From positions 46,562,001 through 46,626,000 of the forward strand of contig CM126212.1 in NCBI GenBank assembly GCA_052327205.1: 64,000 bases of DNA, in the 5' to 3' direction. Below are positions 1 through 12,382 of the stretch, piece after piece. A model generated the notes under the pieces. It made no database searches, was not told the DNA's origin, and saw only the letters and a list, made by a program, of their open reading frames with translations. Position numbers and translations under genes: made by a program. Within the stretch, counting starts at the first letter, position 1; the number at the start of each line of letters is the position of its first letter. This stretch comes from Somniosus microcephalus. Its lineage: Eukaryota.

Positions 1-2566
1 TAGTATTTCACTATGTCACATTGAAGTGCAATTCCTTTTCCTATAGAGCAATTCATACAAGAACCAATTACATAAAATGAATGTAGCCAAGATTGAAAAC
101 TTCCTGTGTGGGGAATTCTCATGAGCCGTCACTGTACAACTCCGTGGCACAGCGTATTAGTGCACCAGCATGCTGAGCCACCATGATGAATAACATCGAT
201 TTTACTTGTATTTTTCCCCCATCCCATTTTTAATTTTCTTTGGTTAAAACGGTATTTAATCTGCATTATTGTTTTGGTAAGTATAAATTAATCAGCAATT
301 GATCATATTCGTAGCAGTTCAGAAATCAGCACCTCATAAACATGAAAATGTGGATTTCCACTTCCTGGATGCCACCAGGTTGCACCCTGTGGCATGTGTT
401 CCCAGGTATTCACAATAATTATATAGGCATTTCGGATTGCAGGTGTGTGGAATTTTTTTTTAAATCCTGTGTCATGTGAACTTTTGGATGAATGCCAACT
501 TTCCTTAAAGTTGTGCAAACAGGAATAGTTTTTTTCTTATATATATTTAACAGTAAAGAGGTAAGATTTGTTTCTCTTGCAGCACTTTTGTGTACTCTTA
601 TCTGATTGCTCTCGATTTCTGTAAATCATTCTTGGCAGGGCCCAGACTGATTATGTTGACAAGGTCACAAATTTGAATTAGAAACTGCTCAAAAGAAGTT
701 CTGTATCATTTCTCTAATTATTTTGAAATGTAAATTTTGTGGATTCATTGTTGATGGCAAATAGTGTGTTGCGTTAAATAACATTCTGTTGTAACGGAAA
801 CATGAAGCAATTGGATTATATTTTGGATTTATATCACAGGTTGACAAAATTATCCTTTTTTGCTTGTTTCTATCTCTTTGTTTTGTGATCGTAGCAGGAA
901 ACATGTATGTGATTAATGTAGATATGGTAGGACAAAAGATCACATTTGTTTTTGATTTGGTTGTGGCTGAAGCTTCACTGGTAAGGTGATGTCCAAGGGT
1001 ATCAAGTTATTTTGTTGGTGATGTGCGATAAGTTGTGTAGTCTTCATGCAGAATAATTAACTTTTGTGACTAGAAAAAATTTGTATCGGGCATATTTTTA
1101 TATTGGTTGATGTGTTTTTTATATCCTGATATGGTGATTACCACATGTGTCCAGTGTGTGCTGTTATCTGACTTATTCCTTTGTTACTATTTGTACCACA
1201 GCAGAAATAATACTGTCGTTAAGTAGTGGTTGTGGTAGAGATAAATTGATTTTACCATGGATGAAATTTCATTAAGGGAAATTGAACAGCGCTTCATCAC
1301 AATAAAGAACACAACGTTTGAGGGCAAGAATTGCTTATGTAATTTATTCCTTTTAAGAACTGTTTGTCTTTTTTGATTCAGTAATATTCAGACACTTAAT
1401 TACATTTGTGTCAAGATAATAAATCTAGTGAGGAAAGTGGGGCAGCTTGGAAGTAGCATTAATATGTCAGATCCTTAGATTGCTGGCAGGTCCTAAAAAT
1501 TCCTGTCTCCCTGGGCTGGATCAGCACACACTAATAGAACAGTAAGAACCTTACTTCAATGTTAGCAGTAGCATTATTGCTGCAATCGTTTTTCTTTCTC
1601 ACCGGCAAATTCCTCCCCTCTTCTGAAGGCTGGGATGGATTTCCAAAGGCACTCGCCTAAGTGGCCATTATTCATGCATGAGTCTTGACAGTGAGTGTCA
1701 GCAAACTACTTTGACCATGGGGAGTGCCATAGCTGTACCCAATTCGATCCTCGCCCGATGTCTATATGCGCACAGTTCTCGGGAGGAATTGCTGGATCAT
1801 AGTCACGCAGGAACCCTGATTTTCCCCTCTTCAGGCCAGGGGATCGGAGGTTAGTTGTAGAAATCTACCACTCCCAGCTGAAATCAGTTAACTTAGCAAA
1901 GTCTGGGGATTGAATTTGTGATTTTCCTGGTCGCTGTAACTTAGCTAATTATTGATCCACTGGGTGCGCTACTGTAAATTTTCTCTTCAGGCCTGATCTG
2001 GCAGCCTTAACAATGAACTTCTCTTGATCCTGAACCTGCTGTACAATCTGGTGGACCTTTGTTACTTAATATTATTGAGTCATGCGTATCTGTTTTCTTC
2101 TTGGTCTCTTTCCTTCCATTTTTCCCATCAACAATTCACGCAGTAGTTATTCCTGTGATTTTGAAAGACATGTAATTTCTTGTCTCTTTGCGCTACTTTG
2201 AGCACCTGGCCATTTGTTACATGCTCATTCCGCATATATCAAGTATCTTGTCAAAAGCCTTGTCTTCTATGTGCCGCACCATGCATGAATGGGTTTCAAT
2301 CAAAGGTAGCATTTGATGTGTGTTGTCAGGCTAAGCAGTTGGCCTGTTAAGCAGTTGGCATGTTGTAAACACCTATTTTGCTGTTGCTACTCATCTTTTG
2401 AGGTCTTGTTTGCTGATAGGGTCCTGATTTTTTTGCTGCCGAGATATGTGATAGGGTAAATATTTTCAGTTGGAGTGCCATAAATTATGATAATTTTAGC
2501 CTTTGGTCTTTCCTCTGGTGTAGTTTTCTTGTTGTTGATTTTTAGGCCATATTACATGTACTTAAT

Positions 2567-3110
2567 GGCCCGTAATTTCCGATAGGAGGCTTCCTGCGTG
2601 CAGATGCCTCCTATCGGGGGAAAAAAAATTGATGCTCTTACCTGAGGGCTCCCGAGGTCTGGACACTTCCGATCCTGGGCCTCTCCACTGTCGAAATGCG
2701 CAGGGCCCACGTATCCCAGGGGCGCAAGCGGTTCGCAAGCGTCCCTGGGATCACGTGGGCCGGGCCAGCCAATGAAAGAAAGGAATCCCCCTTCATACAT
2801 TTGACAGACCTGTCAAAAGTATGAATGGCGATCACTGAAAAAAGACACAAACATTAAATAATTTTTTTTTTAAAAACCATCATGTTTTTAAAATGAGTTA
2901 AAATAACATTTAAGTTTAAAGTTTTTTACGGAGCTAAAATTAAGCTTACCTTTTTTTAAAAGTATTTTTAAATTCTAAATGAGCGGGGGAAATTTTTTTT
3001 TAACAACTTTTTAAAATGCCGGTTTTCAGCACACGCACTTGGCATGCCTGAAACCGGTATTTCTGATGTCCCTACGGGTGTGTACACAGTGCATACACAC
3101 CCGTAGGGCC
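2567..3110. mobile_element. PIF/Harbinger-like MITE, family B (right TIR partly deleted)
   Basis: Starts ggcccgtaatttccgat; 3-bp duplication AAT both sides; homologous in reverse to 31443-32161. Confidence 0.75.
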
Positions 3111-3594
3111 AATGTATATAAAGTTTCTGCTGACCTCACCGCGTTACAAGCATATGTTCAGCAGCATGCTGTTCACTTTAATCTAATCATGATGACAATC
3201 AGCACCTTGTAGTGATTTCTGAGTTGACCTAGAGGGAAGTTCCATGCCTTGCCCTACATTTGACCCTTATCCATTCCTTGTTTGAATTACCAATATGTAT
3301 GCACATTTCTTCTTCAAAGATTGTGGATGATTTGGCTTTTTTGCTTGATGAGACCTATAGATTCTGGAACATTGGCAGAGAATGCTGCACTTCTCATCAA
3401 CCACTTTTTTGTAGTCAGTGAAACATTAATAGCTGTCATTGCTGAACTTCTCCTGTTTGCTTGTTTAAAAGAAGATACCTTCTCTGGCTCACTTTCTTTT
3501 GCAGATACTGTTTTGCTTTCCACTGATTTTTCATAATTTTTACTGTATTTATTCAAGAATCATCATCAAGAAATCTTTAACCACATTACTCTTC

Positions 3595-4397
3595 GGGCTC
3601 GATTTTCCAAGCCCCGAGGAGGCGGGAGTGGTGGGAAAATTGCAGAATCGGGGGGCAGGAACCCATCCCGCCCCCCAACCCACCTCCGTGCCAATGTCCC
3701 AGGAGGCTGGGAGCCGCCTCCCTGAGGCGGGAAGGGGATTAGTGCCAATTAACTGCCTGTTAACAGGTAATTAGCAGGCAGTTTTTTGCCTAATCCCTAT
3801 TTTTAGCCTTGAAGTGCGGGCTGTCTGACGGCTCCGAACCACGCCAAGTTAGCGAGGCGGACTGTCGATCTGCAGGGTTTGGAGGGGTCGAGATGTCCGT
3901 TGTGCTGGTGAGTGATGGGTGCATGTGTGCAGAGGTAAGTGTAAAGCGTTTTAATAAGTTTTACTTACCTTTACTTTCTCCTGCAGGCTTCATTCCTTCA
4001 GTTCTCGGGAGTCCCTGAGCTCACCGGCACAGAAAGCAGAATGGCCGCTGAACTGTCAAAAGCTGCAGCCTCTGCTTTCTGGTCTGGAGAGCTCTCTAAC
4101 TGAGTCTGAGTAGAAGGACTCAAGTTAGAAGACAGATTGTCAGAGTTTGACAGCATCACAGAGCTGTCAAACGCTGATATTTCTTCTGTCAAAAGCTCTT
4201 GACAGATGAAATGTCAATCACTGACCTCACCAGTAACCAGGTGTCCCTTAATTGGCCTGCTGAGCCCGCTGGGCGGGCTTAATGAGGTCAATCAAGGGAA
4301 AATAGCGTGGGTTGGCCACAAGTCGATGGAGGCGGGACTACAACCCAAAAAGTGGGAGTCCCGCCTCCAAAAGCTCCCCATTGACAAAATCGAGCCC
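3595..4397. mobile_element. PIF/Harbinger-like MITE, family A
   Basis: Perfect 12-bp TIR GGGCTCGATTTT/AAAATCGAGCCC; 3-bp TSD TTC; homologous to 17171-18006 and 40930-41681. Confidence 0.85.
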
Positions 4398-4660
4398 TTC
4401 TTGTTCAAGATCCTGATTGCTTCTGCAGTATACTTTTCTTAGTGGTGTTATGTGCCATTACAATTTACTAGGGGGAACAATATGGTGGATTCCCAAAGTC
4501 CTTCTGTGATGGATGTCACTGACGCTTCTGAAGGGTTTTTCCACCTCTAAGGGCTCCCATTTCCCATAGAAGGGCTATTTCTCATCCTTTGGGTTTGAAA
4601 TTTTCCTTTTCTTAAAGGGACTGTCAGCCAAGACTTCAAGCGGCCATTGTCTGAATATAA

Positions 4661-5065
4661 GGGCCTAGATTTTACAGTAAGAATAACGGTGAGGCTATCA
4701 GCACTTGCTGTTATTGAAGAGTAAATCGGACAGCAACTTCCGGTGTCCACACATACACAGTTAAATGTGGAAATCAGGAAGTTGCTGTCTGATTTACCCT
4801 GCTCCTCCACAAGCTTCATTACCTCGCCAAGAGACTCAGCATTCAAATACGTGCAACGGTGTGAAGTTGCTGTACTTACCCATTGGATATCCACTAAACA
4901 CACCAGAAAAAGTTAGGGCTTGTCCATTCAAGTGTAAGTGAATGTTTAATGGTGTGATAAGTCTTAATTACTGCCAAACAACCTCTCTGGCCCTGAAAAT
5001 GTAATTTTTCAAGTGTGGAGTCTCACCCTTCAGATTTTAATTATCGTTGGAGATTTTAGAAAAAG
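4661..5065. mobile_element. MITE family C, truncated
   Basis: Starts gggcctagatttt; homologous to the reverse complement of the right end of 56045-56785. Confidence 0.6.
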
Positions 5066-5067
5066 AG

Positions 5068-5560
5068 TGAGGTCGAAGCCAGGGACCTCTGGTGTTGGGT
5101 CAGTGATGAGGTGTTGGTTCTTTATGTTGCATGCGTCCCACAATTCCATCCATCTGGTTAGTGGGTCGATACTAGCTGCATGAATATTGGCTGCTGTTTC
5201 CCAGAATGGCCGATTGATTTTAAGCATTTTCGCGGTGGGTTTTTCAAGTATTCGTGAATGGGAAGGTCGATGTTGCTCATGATTTTTTCCATCTCACGGA
5301 GCACAGTGGCTTTGCGAGAATGGCAGGCGGGGCTATGGGGGACAGCACTGGGAGCCACTTAGTTGGCGTAGACTTGAGTCCCTGACACACTCCACATGGT
5401 GGCGTTCGGCTGCACGTCCACGATCTTTGTGTGGCAGCTGTAGGACCATAAGGGAGAGCAGTATTCTGCAGCAGTGTAGACTAGGGCCACTGTTGCAGTA
5501 CGAAGCGCTCTGGATGTGCTACCCCATGACGTTCCAGTGAGTTTCCGGATTAAGTGCAAT
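5068..5560 (-). mobile_element. Vingi/Ingi-like non-LTR retrotransposon fragment
   Basis: IRKLTGTSWG...LRTATVALVYTAAEYCSPLW...HTKIVDVQ...SGT, a post-RT motif I recognise from Vingi-type elements; frameshifted. Confidence 0.65.
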
Positions 5561-6740
5561 TTTTTCATAGCGTTTTGGTATGAATATCCGAATAGTGACA
5601 ACAGTGAATAATACACAAGTAGAAATTGGATTACATTACTCTATACCGTTACTGCAATCTGTTTAAAAATGACAGTAATTAGCCAGTGTTTTTGGAAAAT
5701 ATGTATCATCTGACAATACATTTTTCTACAAATGCTGGTTTGATTCAGGAGAACCTTAAACAATGCACTGAGAATTAGTTTGGTGATTAGAGAATTCTAA
5801 AATTAGGAACTAGATCTGTATTACATGAGGCATTTAAAATGAACATTTCCAACAAGGAGGGTCGATGAGGGTAGTGCGTTTGATATCGTCTATACGGATT
5901 TTAGCAAGGTTTCTGATAAGGTCCCGCGTGGCAGACTGGTCACAAAAGTAAAAGCCCATGGGAGCCAAGGCAAAGTGGCAAGTTGGATCCGAAACTGGCT
6001 GAGGCAGGAAGCAAAGGGTAATTAATAGTCGACGGGTGTTTTTGTGACTGGAAGGCTGTTTCCAGTGGGGTTCCGCAGGGCTCAGTACTGGGTCCTTGTG
6101 GTATATATCAATGATTTGGACTTAGATGTAGGAAGTATGATTTAAGAAGTTTGCAGATGATACAGAAATTGGCTGTGTGGTTGATAATGAAGAAGAAAGC
6201 TGTAAACTGCAGGAAGATATCAATGGGGTAGGCAGAACAGTGGCAAATGGAATTCAATCCGGAGAAGTGTGAGGTAATGCATTTGGGGAGGGCTAACAAG
6301 GCAAGGGAATACATTATAAATGGTAGGACACTGAGGTGCAGAGGATCAGAGGGACCTTGGAGTGCATGTCCACAGATCCCTGAAGGTCGCAGGACAGGTA
6401 GATAAGGTGGTTAAGAAGGCATAAGGGATACTTTCCTTTATTAGCTGAGGCATAGAATAGAATATAAGAGCAAGGAGGTTATGCTTGAACTGTATAAAAC
6501 ATTAGCTAGGGCGCAGCTAGAATGCTGCGTGCAGTTCTAGTCACCACATTACAGGAAGGATGTGATTGCACTAGAGGAGGTGCATAGGAGATTTACGAGG
6601 ATGTTGCCTGTGCTGGGGAATTTTAGCTATGAGGAAAGACTGGATAATAAGAACATAAGAAGTAGGAGCAGGAGTAGGCCATACGGTCCCTCGGGCCTGC
6701 TCCGCCATTCAATAGGATCATGGCTGATCTGAATCTAGAC

Positions 6741-9620
6741 TCACATCCACTTCCCTGCCCGCTCCCCGTAACCCCTAATTCCCTTATCAGCTAGGAAACT
6801 GTCTATCTCCGTTTTAAATTTATTTAATGTTACAACTTCCACAGCTCTCTGAGGTAGCAAATTCCATAGATTTACTACCCTCTGAGTGAAGAAGTTTCTC
6901 CTCATCTCAGTTTTGAAAGGGCAGCTCCTTATTCTAAGATTATGCCCCCTAGTTCTAGTCTCACCCATCAGTGGAAACATCCTCACCGCACCCACCCGAT
7001 CAAGCCCCCTCACAATCTTATATGTTTCGATAAGATCGCCTCTCATTCTTCTGAATTCCAATGAGTAGAGTCCCAACCTACTCAACCTTTCCTCATAAGT
7101 CAACCCCCTCATCTCCGGAATCAACCGAGTGAACCTTCTCTGAACTGCCTCAAGAGCAAGTATGTCTTAAATATGGAAACCAAAACTACGCAGTATTCCA
7201 GGTGTGGCCTCACCAGTACCCTGTATAACTGAAGCAAGACTTCCCTGTATAACTGAAGCAAGACTTCCCTGCTTTTATACTCCATCCCCCTTGCAATAAA
7301 AGCCAAGATTCCATTGGCCTTCCTGATCACCTGCTGTACCTGCATACTAACCTTCTGTGTTTCATGCACCAGGACCCCCAGATCCCTTTGTACTGTAGCA
7401 CTTTGCAGTTTCTCTCCATTTAGATAATAACTTGCTCTTTGATTTTTTCTGCCAAAGTGCATAACCTCACACTTTCCAACATTATATTCCATCTGCCAAA
7501 TTTCTGCCCACTCACTTAGCCTGTCTATGTCCTTTTGCAGGTTTTTTATGTCCTCCTCACTCACTGCTTTCCCTCCCATCTTTGTATCGTCGGCAAACTT
7601 GGATATGTTGCACTTGGTCCCTTCCTCCAAATCGTTAATATAGATTGTAAAGAGTTGGGGTCCCAGCACTGACCCCTGTGGAACACCACTAGTTACTGAT
7701 TGCCAACCCGAGAATGAACCATTTATCCCAACTCTCTATTTTCTGTTAGATAGCCAATCTTCCACCCATGCCAGTATATTACCCCCAATCCCGTGATTTT
7801 TTATCTTGTGCAATAATCTTTTGTGTGGTACCTTGTCAAATGCCTTTTGGAAGTCCAAATACACCACATCCACTGGTTCCCCTTTATCCACCCTGTTTGT
7901 TACGTCCTCAAAGAATTCGAGCAAATTTGTCAAACATGACTTCCCCTTCATAAAACCATGCTGACTCTGTCCTATTAAATTATGTTTATCCAAATGTCCT
8001 GTTACTGCTTCCTTAATAATGGACTCCAACATTTTACCAACCACAGATGTTAGGCTAACTGGTCTATAGTTTCCAGCCTTTTGTCTACCTCCCTTTTTAA
8101 ATAAGGGCGTTACATTAGCAGTTTTCCAATCTGCTGGGACCTTTCCTGAATCCAGCGAGTTTTGGAAAATTACCACCAATGTATCCGCAATCCCTACCAC
8201 TACTTCTCTCAAGACCCTAGGATGTAAGCCATCAGGTCCAGGGGATTTATCCGCCTTTAGTCCCATTATCTTACCGAGTACCACCTCCTTAGTGATTTTA
8301 ATTGTGTTTAGCTCCTTCCCCCCCCCCCCCCCCCCGATAACCCCCTGTTTGTCCAGTGTTGGGATATTTTTAGTGTCCTCTACTGTAAAGACTGATACAA
8401 AATATTTGTTCAGCGTTTTTGCCATCTCCATGTTCCCCACCACTAATTTCCCGGTCTCGTCCTCTAAGGGACCAACATTCACTTTAGCCACCCTTTTTCT
8501 TTTTATATAACTGTAGAAACTCTCGCTATCTGTTTGTTTTTATATTTTTTGCGAGTTTACTTTCATAATCTGTCTTCCCTTTCTTAATTAATCTTTTAGT
8601 TATTCTTTGCTGGCTTTTAAATGCTTCCCAATCTTCTATCCTCCCACTAGATTTGGCTACTTTATATGCCCTTGTTTTCAGTCGGATACTATCTTTTATT
8701 ACTTTACTTAGCCACGGATGGCTGTCTTTTCTTTTACGCCCCTTTTTCCTCAGTGGAATATATTTTTCTTGAAAGTTGTGAAATATCTCCTTGAATGTAC
8801 ACCACTGCTCATGTACCGTCTTACACTTTAATCTATTTTCCCAGTCCACTTTAGTCAACTCTGCTCTCATACCTTCATAGTCTCCTTTATTTAAGCTTAG
8901 TACGCTGGTTTGAGATCCAACTCTCACCCTCCAACTGAATTTGGAATTCAACCATGTTATGGTCACTCATTCCAAGGGGATCCTTTACTAGGACATTTTT
9001 TATTAATCCTGTCTCATTACACAGTACCAGATCCAAGATTGCCTGCCCCCTGGTTGGTTCAGTAACATACTGCTCAAGGAACCCGTCCCTAATGCACTCT
9101 ATGAACTCTTCCTCAAGGCTGCCCTGCCCAATTTGATTTGTCCAGTCAATATGAAAGTTAAAACCCCCATGATTATAGCTGTTCCCTTTATTACAAGCCC
9201 CAACTATTTCCTGATTTATACTCCAACCAATAGAGTTGCAACTGTTAGGAGGCCTATAGACTACGCCCACTAGTGACTTTTTCCCCTTATTATTCCTTAT
9301 CTCCACCCAAACTGTTTCACTATCTTGATCCTTTGACCCAATATCATTACTCACTATTGCAGTGATTCCATCCTTTATTAACATAGCCACCCCACCTCCC
9401 TTTCCTTCCTGTCTGTCCTTCCTAATTGTCAAATACCCCTGGATGTTTAGTTCCCAGTCATGGTCATCTTGCAGCCATGTTTCTGTAATGGCCACCAGAT
9501 CATACCCATGTGTAGTTATTTGTACCGTCAACTCGTCTATTTTGTTACGAATGCTGCGTGCATTCAGATCAAGAACTTTTGAATATGTTTTGTGACAATT
9601 TATTTCTGCTTTTACCCCCT
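6741..9620 (-). pseudogene. CR1 ORF2: APE endonuclease plus reverse transcriptase, frameshifted
   Basis: LNARSIRNK, AITETWL, GVVYRPP, LDLVL, SDHN; KSPGPDG, NYRPVSLTS, YLDFQKAFDKV, KFADDTK. Confidence 0.92.
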
Positions 9621-9768
9621 TTACTACTTTACATTTATCTTTATACATTCTGTCCCTTCCTGATACGGTCTGGTTTTTAATTCCCCCACTGCTACCTTGC
9701 TCTATTGCCTTCTCCGCTGACATTTTTATTTTTCGCTCTCTTGGAAACCTCCCCCCCCCCCCCACTAA

Positions 9769-10743
9769 TTAGTTTAAAGTCCTCTCTCCAGCCCTAGTTA
9801 TTCGATTCGCCAGGATTCTAGTCCCAGCACCGGCCAAGTGAAGTCCGTCCCAACGGAACAGCTCTCTCCTGTCCCAGTACTGGTGCCAGTGTCCCAAGAA
9901 GCAAAACCCATTTCTCTCACACCAGTCTTTGAGCCACGCATTTAACTCTCTGATTTTATTTACCCTAGCCAAATTTGCTCGTGACTCAGGTAGTAATCCA
10001 GAGATTATTACCCTTGTGGTTCTGTTTTTTAATTTGGCCCCTAGCTGCTCATTCTCCCTCCGCAGAACCTCTCCTTGTCCTATCTATGTCATTGGTACCA
10101 ACATGGACCACGACAATTGGATCCTCCCCCTCCCACTCCAAGTTTCTCTCCAGCCCAGAGGTGATGTCCTTAACCCTGGCACTGGGCAGGCAACACAGCC
10201 TTTGGGATTCTCGCTCTCGGCTGCAAAGAACCCTATCTATCCCCCTAATGATACTATCCCCTACCACTACAACATTTCTTTTTACTCCCCCCACTTGAAT
10301 GGCCCCCCGTTCCACGGTGTTGTGGCCAGGTTGCTTATCCTCCCTGCAGTCCCTGTTCCCGTCCTCACGGAGTAAGAGCCTCGAACCTGTTGGACAAGAG
10401 CAAGGGCTGCGGCTCCTCCAACACTACCTCCTGGATCCCCGTACCTGCCTCACTCATAGTCACACCCTCCTGTCCCTGACCACAGACCCTCCTGTCCCTG
10501 ACCACAGACTACATCTGAATTAGTTAATCTAATTGGTGTGACTACTTCCTGGAACACAGAGTCCAGATAACTCTCCCCCTCCCTGATGTGTCGCAGTGTT
10601 TGAAGCTCGGACTCCAGCTCATCAACGCGGAGCCGGAGTTCCTCGAGCAGCCAACATTTACTGCAAATGTGATCACCGTGAACATCAGTGGTGTCCACCA
10701 GCTCCCACATATTGCAGCAGTAACACTTCACCTGCTCTGCCAT
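9769..10743 (-). pseudogene. CR1 ORF1: Cys/His N-terminus, coiled coil and SGNH-esterase-like domain, frameshifted
   Basis: CxxC...HICxxC, heptads LRLRVDELESELQTL, VVVGDSIIR, HVGTND, DGLHL. Confidence 0.88.
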
Positions 10744-10977
10744 TCTGTGTAATTAATTAAATTTATTATTATTATTTTTAAATACCCTCTGCCCCGATTC
10801 TAGATGATATCACACTTCTATTTAATTGAACTTACCAACTTATAAAGGTTTAAACCACAGAGTTAAAGTTTAAAAAGAGAGAACTACTCACCAACCAATC
10901 ACTTACCTGCTTCCTGGTGACGTCGCACTTTGATTACTTTTTACTTCTCTCCCTCTCTGAGATTGGAGATTAGTAAA

Positions 10978-11156
10978 GCCTACCTGGTCTCTTGGAGCCT
11001 TTTATAGCCCCGCTGCTGCCGCTGAAATTCCCGCCGACGCTGTGAGGCCTACCTGGTCTCTTGGAGCCTTTTATAGCCCCGCTGCTGCCGCTGAAATTCC
11101 CGCCGACGCTGTGAGGCCTACCTGGTCTCTTGGAGCCTTTTATAGCCCCGCTGCTG
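10978..11156 (-). repeat. 69-bp tandem repeat (about 2.6 identical units) at the CR1 5' end
   Basis: gcctacctggtctcttggagccttttatagccccgctgctg starts at 10978, 11047 and 11116. Confidence 0.95.
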
Positions 11157-12344
11157 GGATAGGCTGGGGTTGTTTTCTTTGGAACAGAGGAGGCTGAGGT
11201 GAGACTTGATTGAGGTGTATAAAATTATGAGGGGCCTAGATAGAGTGGATAGGAATGACTTATTTCCCTTAGCAGAGGGGTCGATAACCAGGGGGCACAG
11301 ATTGAAAATAATTGGTAGCAGGTTTCGAGGGGATGTGAGGAGAAATTCTTTCACCCAGAGGTGGGGGTCTGGAACTCACTGCCTGAAAGGGTGGTAGAGT
11401 CAGAGATCCTCCTCCCATTTAAAAAGTACTTGGATGTGCACTTGAAGTGCTGTAACCTGCAGGGCGACAGACCAAGTGCTGGAAAGTGGGATTAGGCTGG
11501 ATAGCTCTTTGTCGGCCGGCATGGACAAGATGGGCCGAATGGCCTCCTGTGCTGTAAATTTCTATGATTATTATATTAACTGTAGCTTTAGCACTTTCAG
11601 TAGTTTGGTTACTGTGCTCAACTAATAACACAAGGTTATGGTGTTAGATTTTACAGCATTCTGTCATGTGTTTAAATAATTGCATAACACTTACTTTGTC
11701 ATATGGCTCAAATAAAATCGGGTGTAATTAATAACTAGGACTTCCTAAATTTTGAAATCCCTACCACTGCCTTTATAACATTCTAATCAAATGTTACAGC
11801 TGAAATGAATAAAGCATCCAAATCTGTACAATTGAAAGTATTGCATTTGTCTACTCCCGAGAAGTCAGGTGTATTTTGTGCCAACAAAAAATCCAATAAT
11901 TTGAATTAGCAACATAAATAATACAACAAAGTGGGAATTTAGTGCTTAAAAATGGACTTGTCAGATAATTTGCATGAAGTTACTTTGAATTAAGAGGAAT
12001 AGACTGTAGCACGAATATGTAGGCTGTCCCACCCAGGGTGCTGAGTTCATTATGCCCAGGATGCTGCATCATTGCCACATACGCAGTTGAAGTGCATTGT
12101 TCTGATTTGGCTTGTTTAAAGTATACTTGCCATATATACTTAACTTTGATTAAGACCTCCCAACACCAAGGTAGGCGCGCTGCGTTCATCAGTCTTCCAA
12201 GCTCCTGTTGCCAAGGTAGGTGGTTCTGTCCCATCGAACCTGCAGCTTATTCCGTTTCAGCCATTAGGCGGTTTTGATCCTGGTGTTGGGTCCCCGCTGT
12301 GAGTGGGGACCAGTTTTTAAGTTTCTTGAGCACTTATACAAGTA

Positions 12345-12382
<38 letters not shown>

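Larger units (their letters stand above)
1990..4660 (-). mobile_element. Very old RTE-like LINE remnant, split by two MITEs
   Basis: Reverse-strand fragments read YGLKINNKKT, ITYLGS and LLMGKMEGKRPRRKQ, resembling the RTE RT C-terminus; heavily degraded, extent beyond 2560 is less sure. Confidence 0.5.
6647..11156 (-). mobile_element. Full-length CR1 LINE with disrupted ORFs
   Basis: 5'UTR, ORF1, ORF2 and TTCTTATG-type tail; 5-bp duplication GGATA at 6642-6646 and 11157-11161. Confidence 0.92.
5855..11570 (+). mobile_element. 5'-truncated older CR1 LINE (pieces 5855-6646 and 11157-11570), interrupted by a younger CR1
   Basis: RT motifs (DFSKxxDKVP, KFADDT, NPEKCEVMHLG); the halves rejoin as gaggaaagactggata/ggctggggttg; ends ttctatga. 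Confidence 0.85.

Noticed and set aside
3314-3556. 80-aa minus-strand ORF suggesting a nested gene
   Set aside because: Lies within the degraded RTE-like remnant; no recognisable domain or splice context
3998-4442. Similar short ORFs (MTEEISAFDSSV / MTDELSSFDSSV) recurring at 17442 and 41068
   Set aside because: Explained by MITE family A homology; frames and lengths are not conserved between copies
10978-11156. Tandem repeat as a CRISPR-like array
   Set aside because: Units are contiguous and identical with no unique spacers; eukaryotic LINE context
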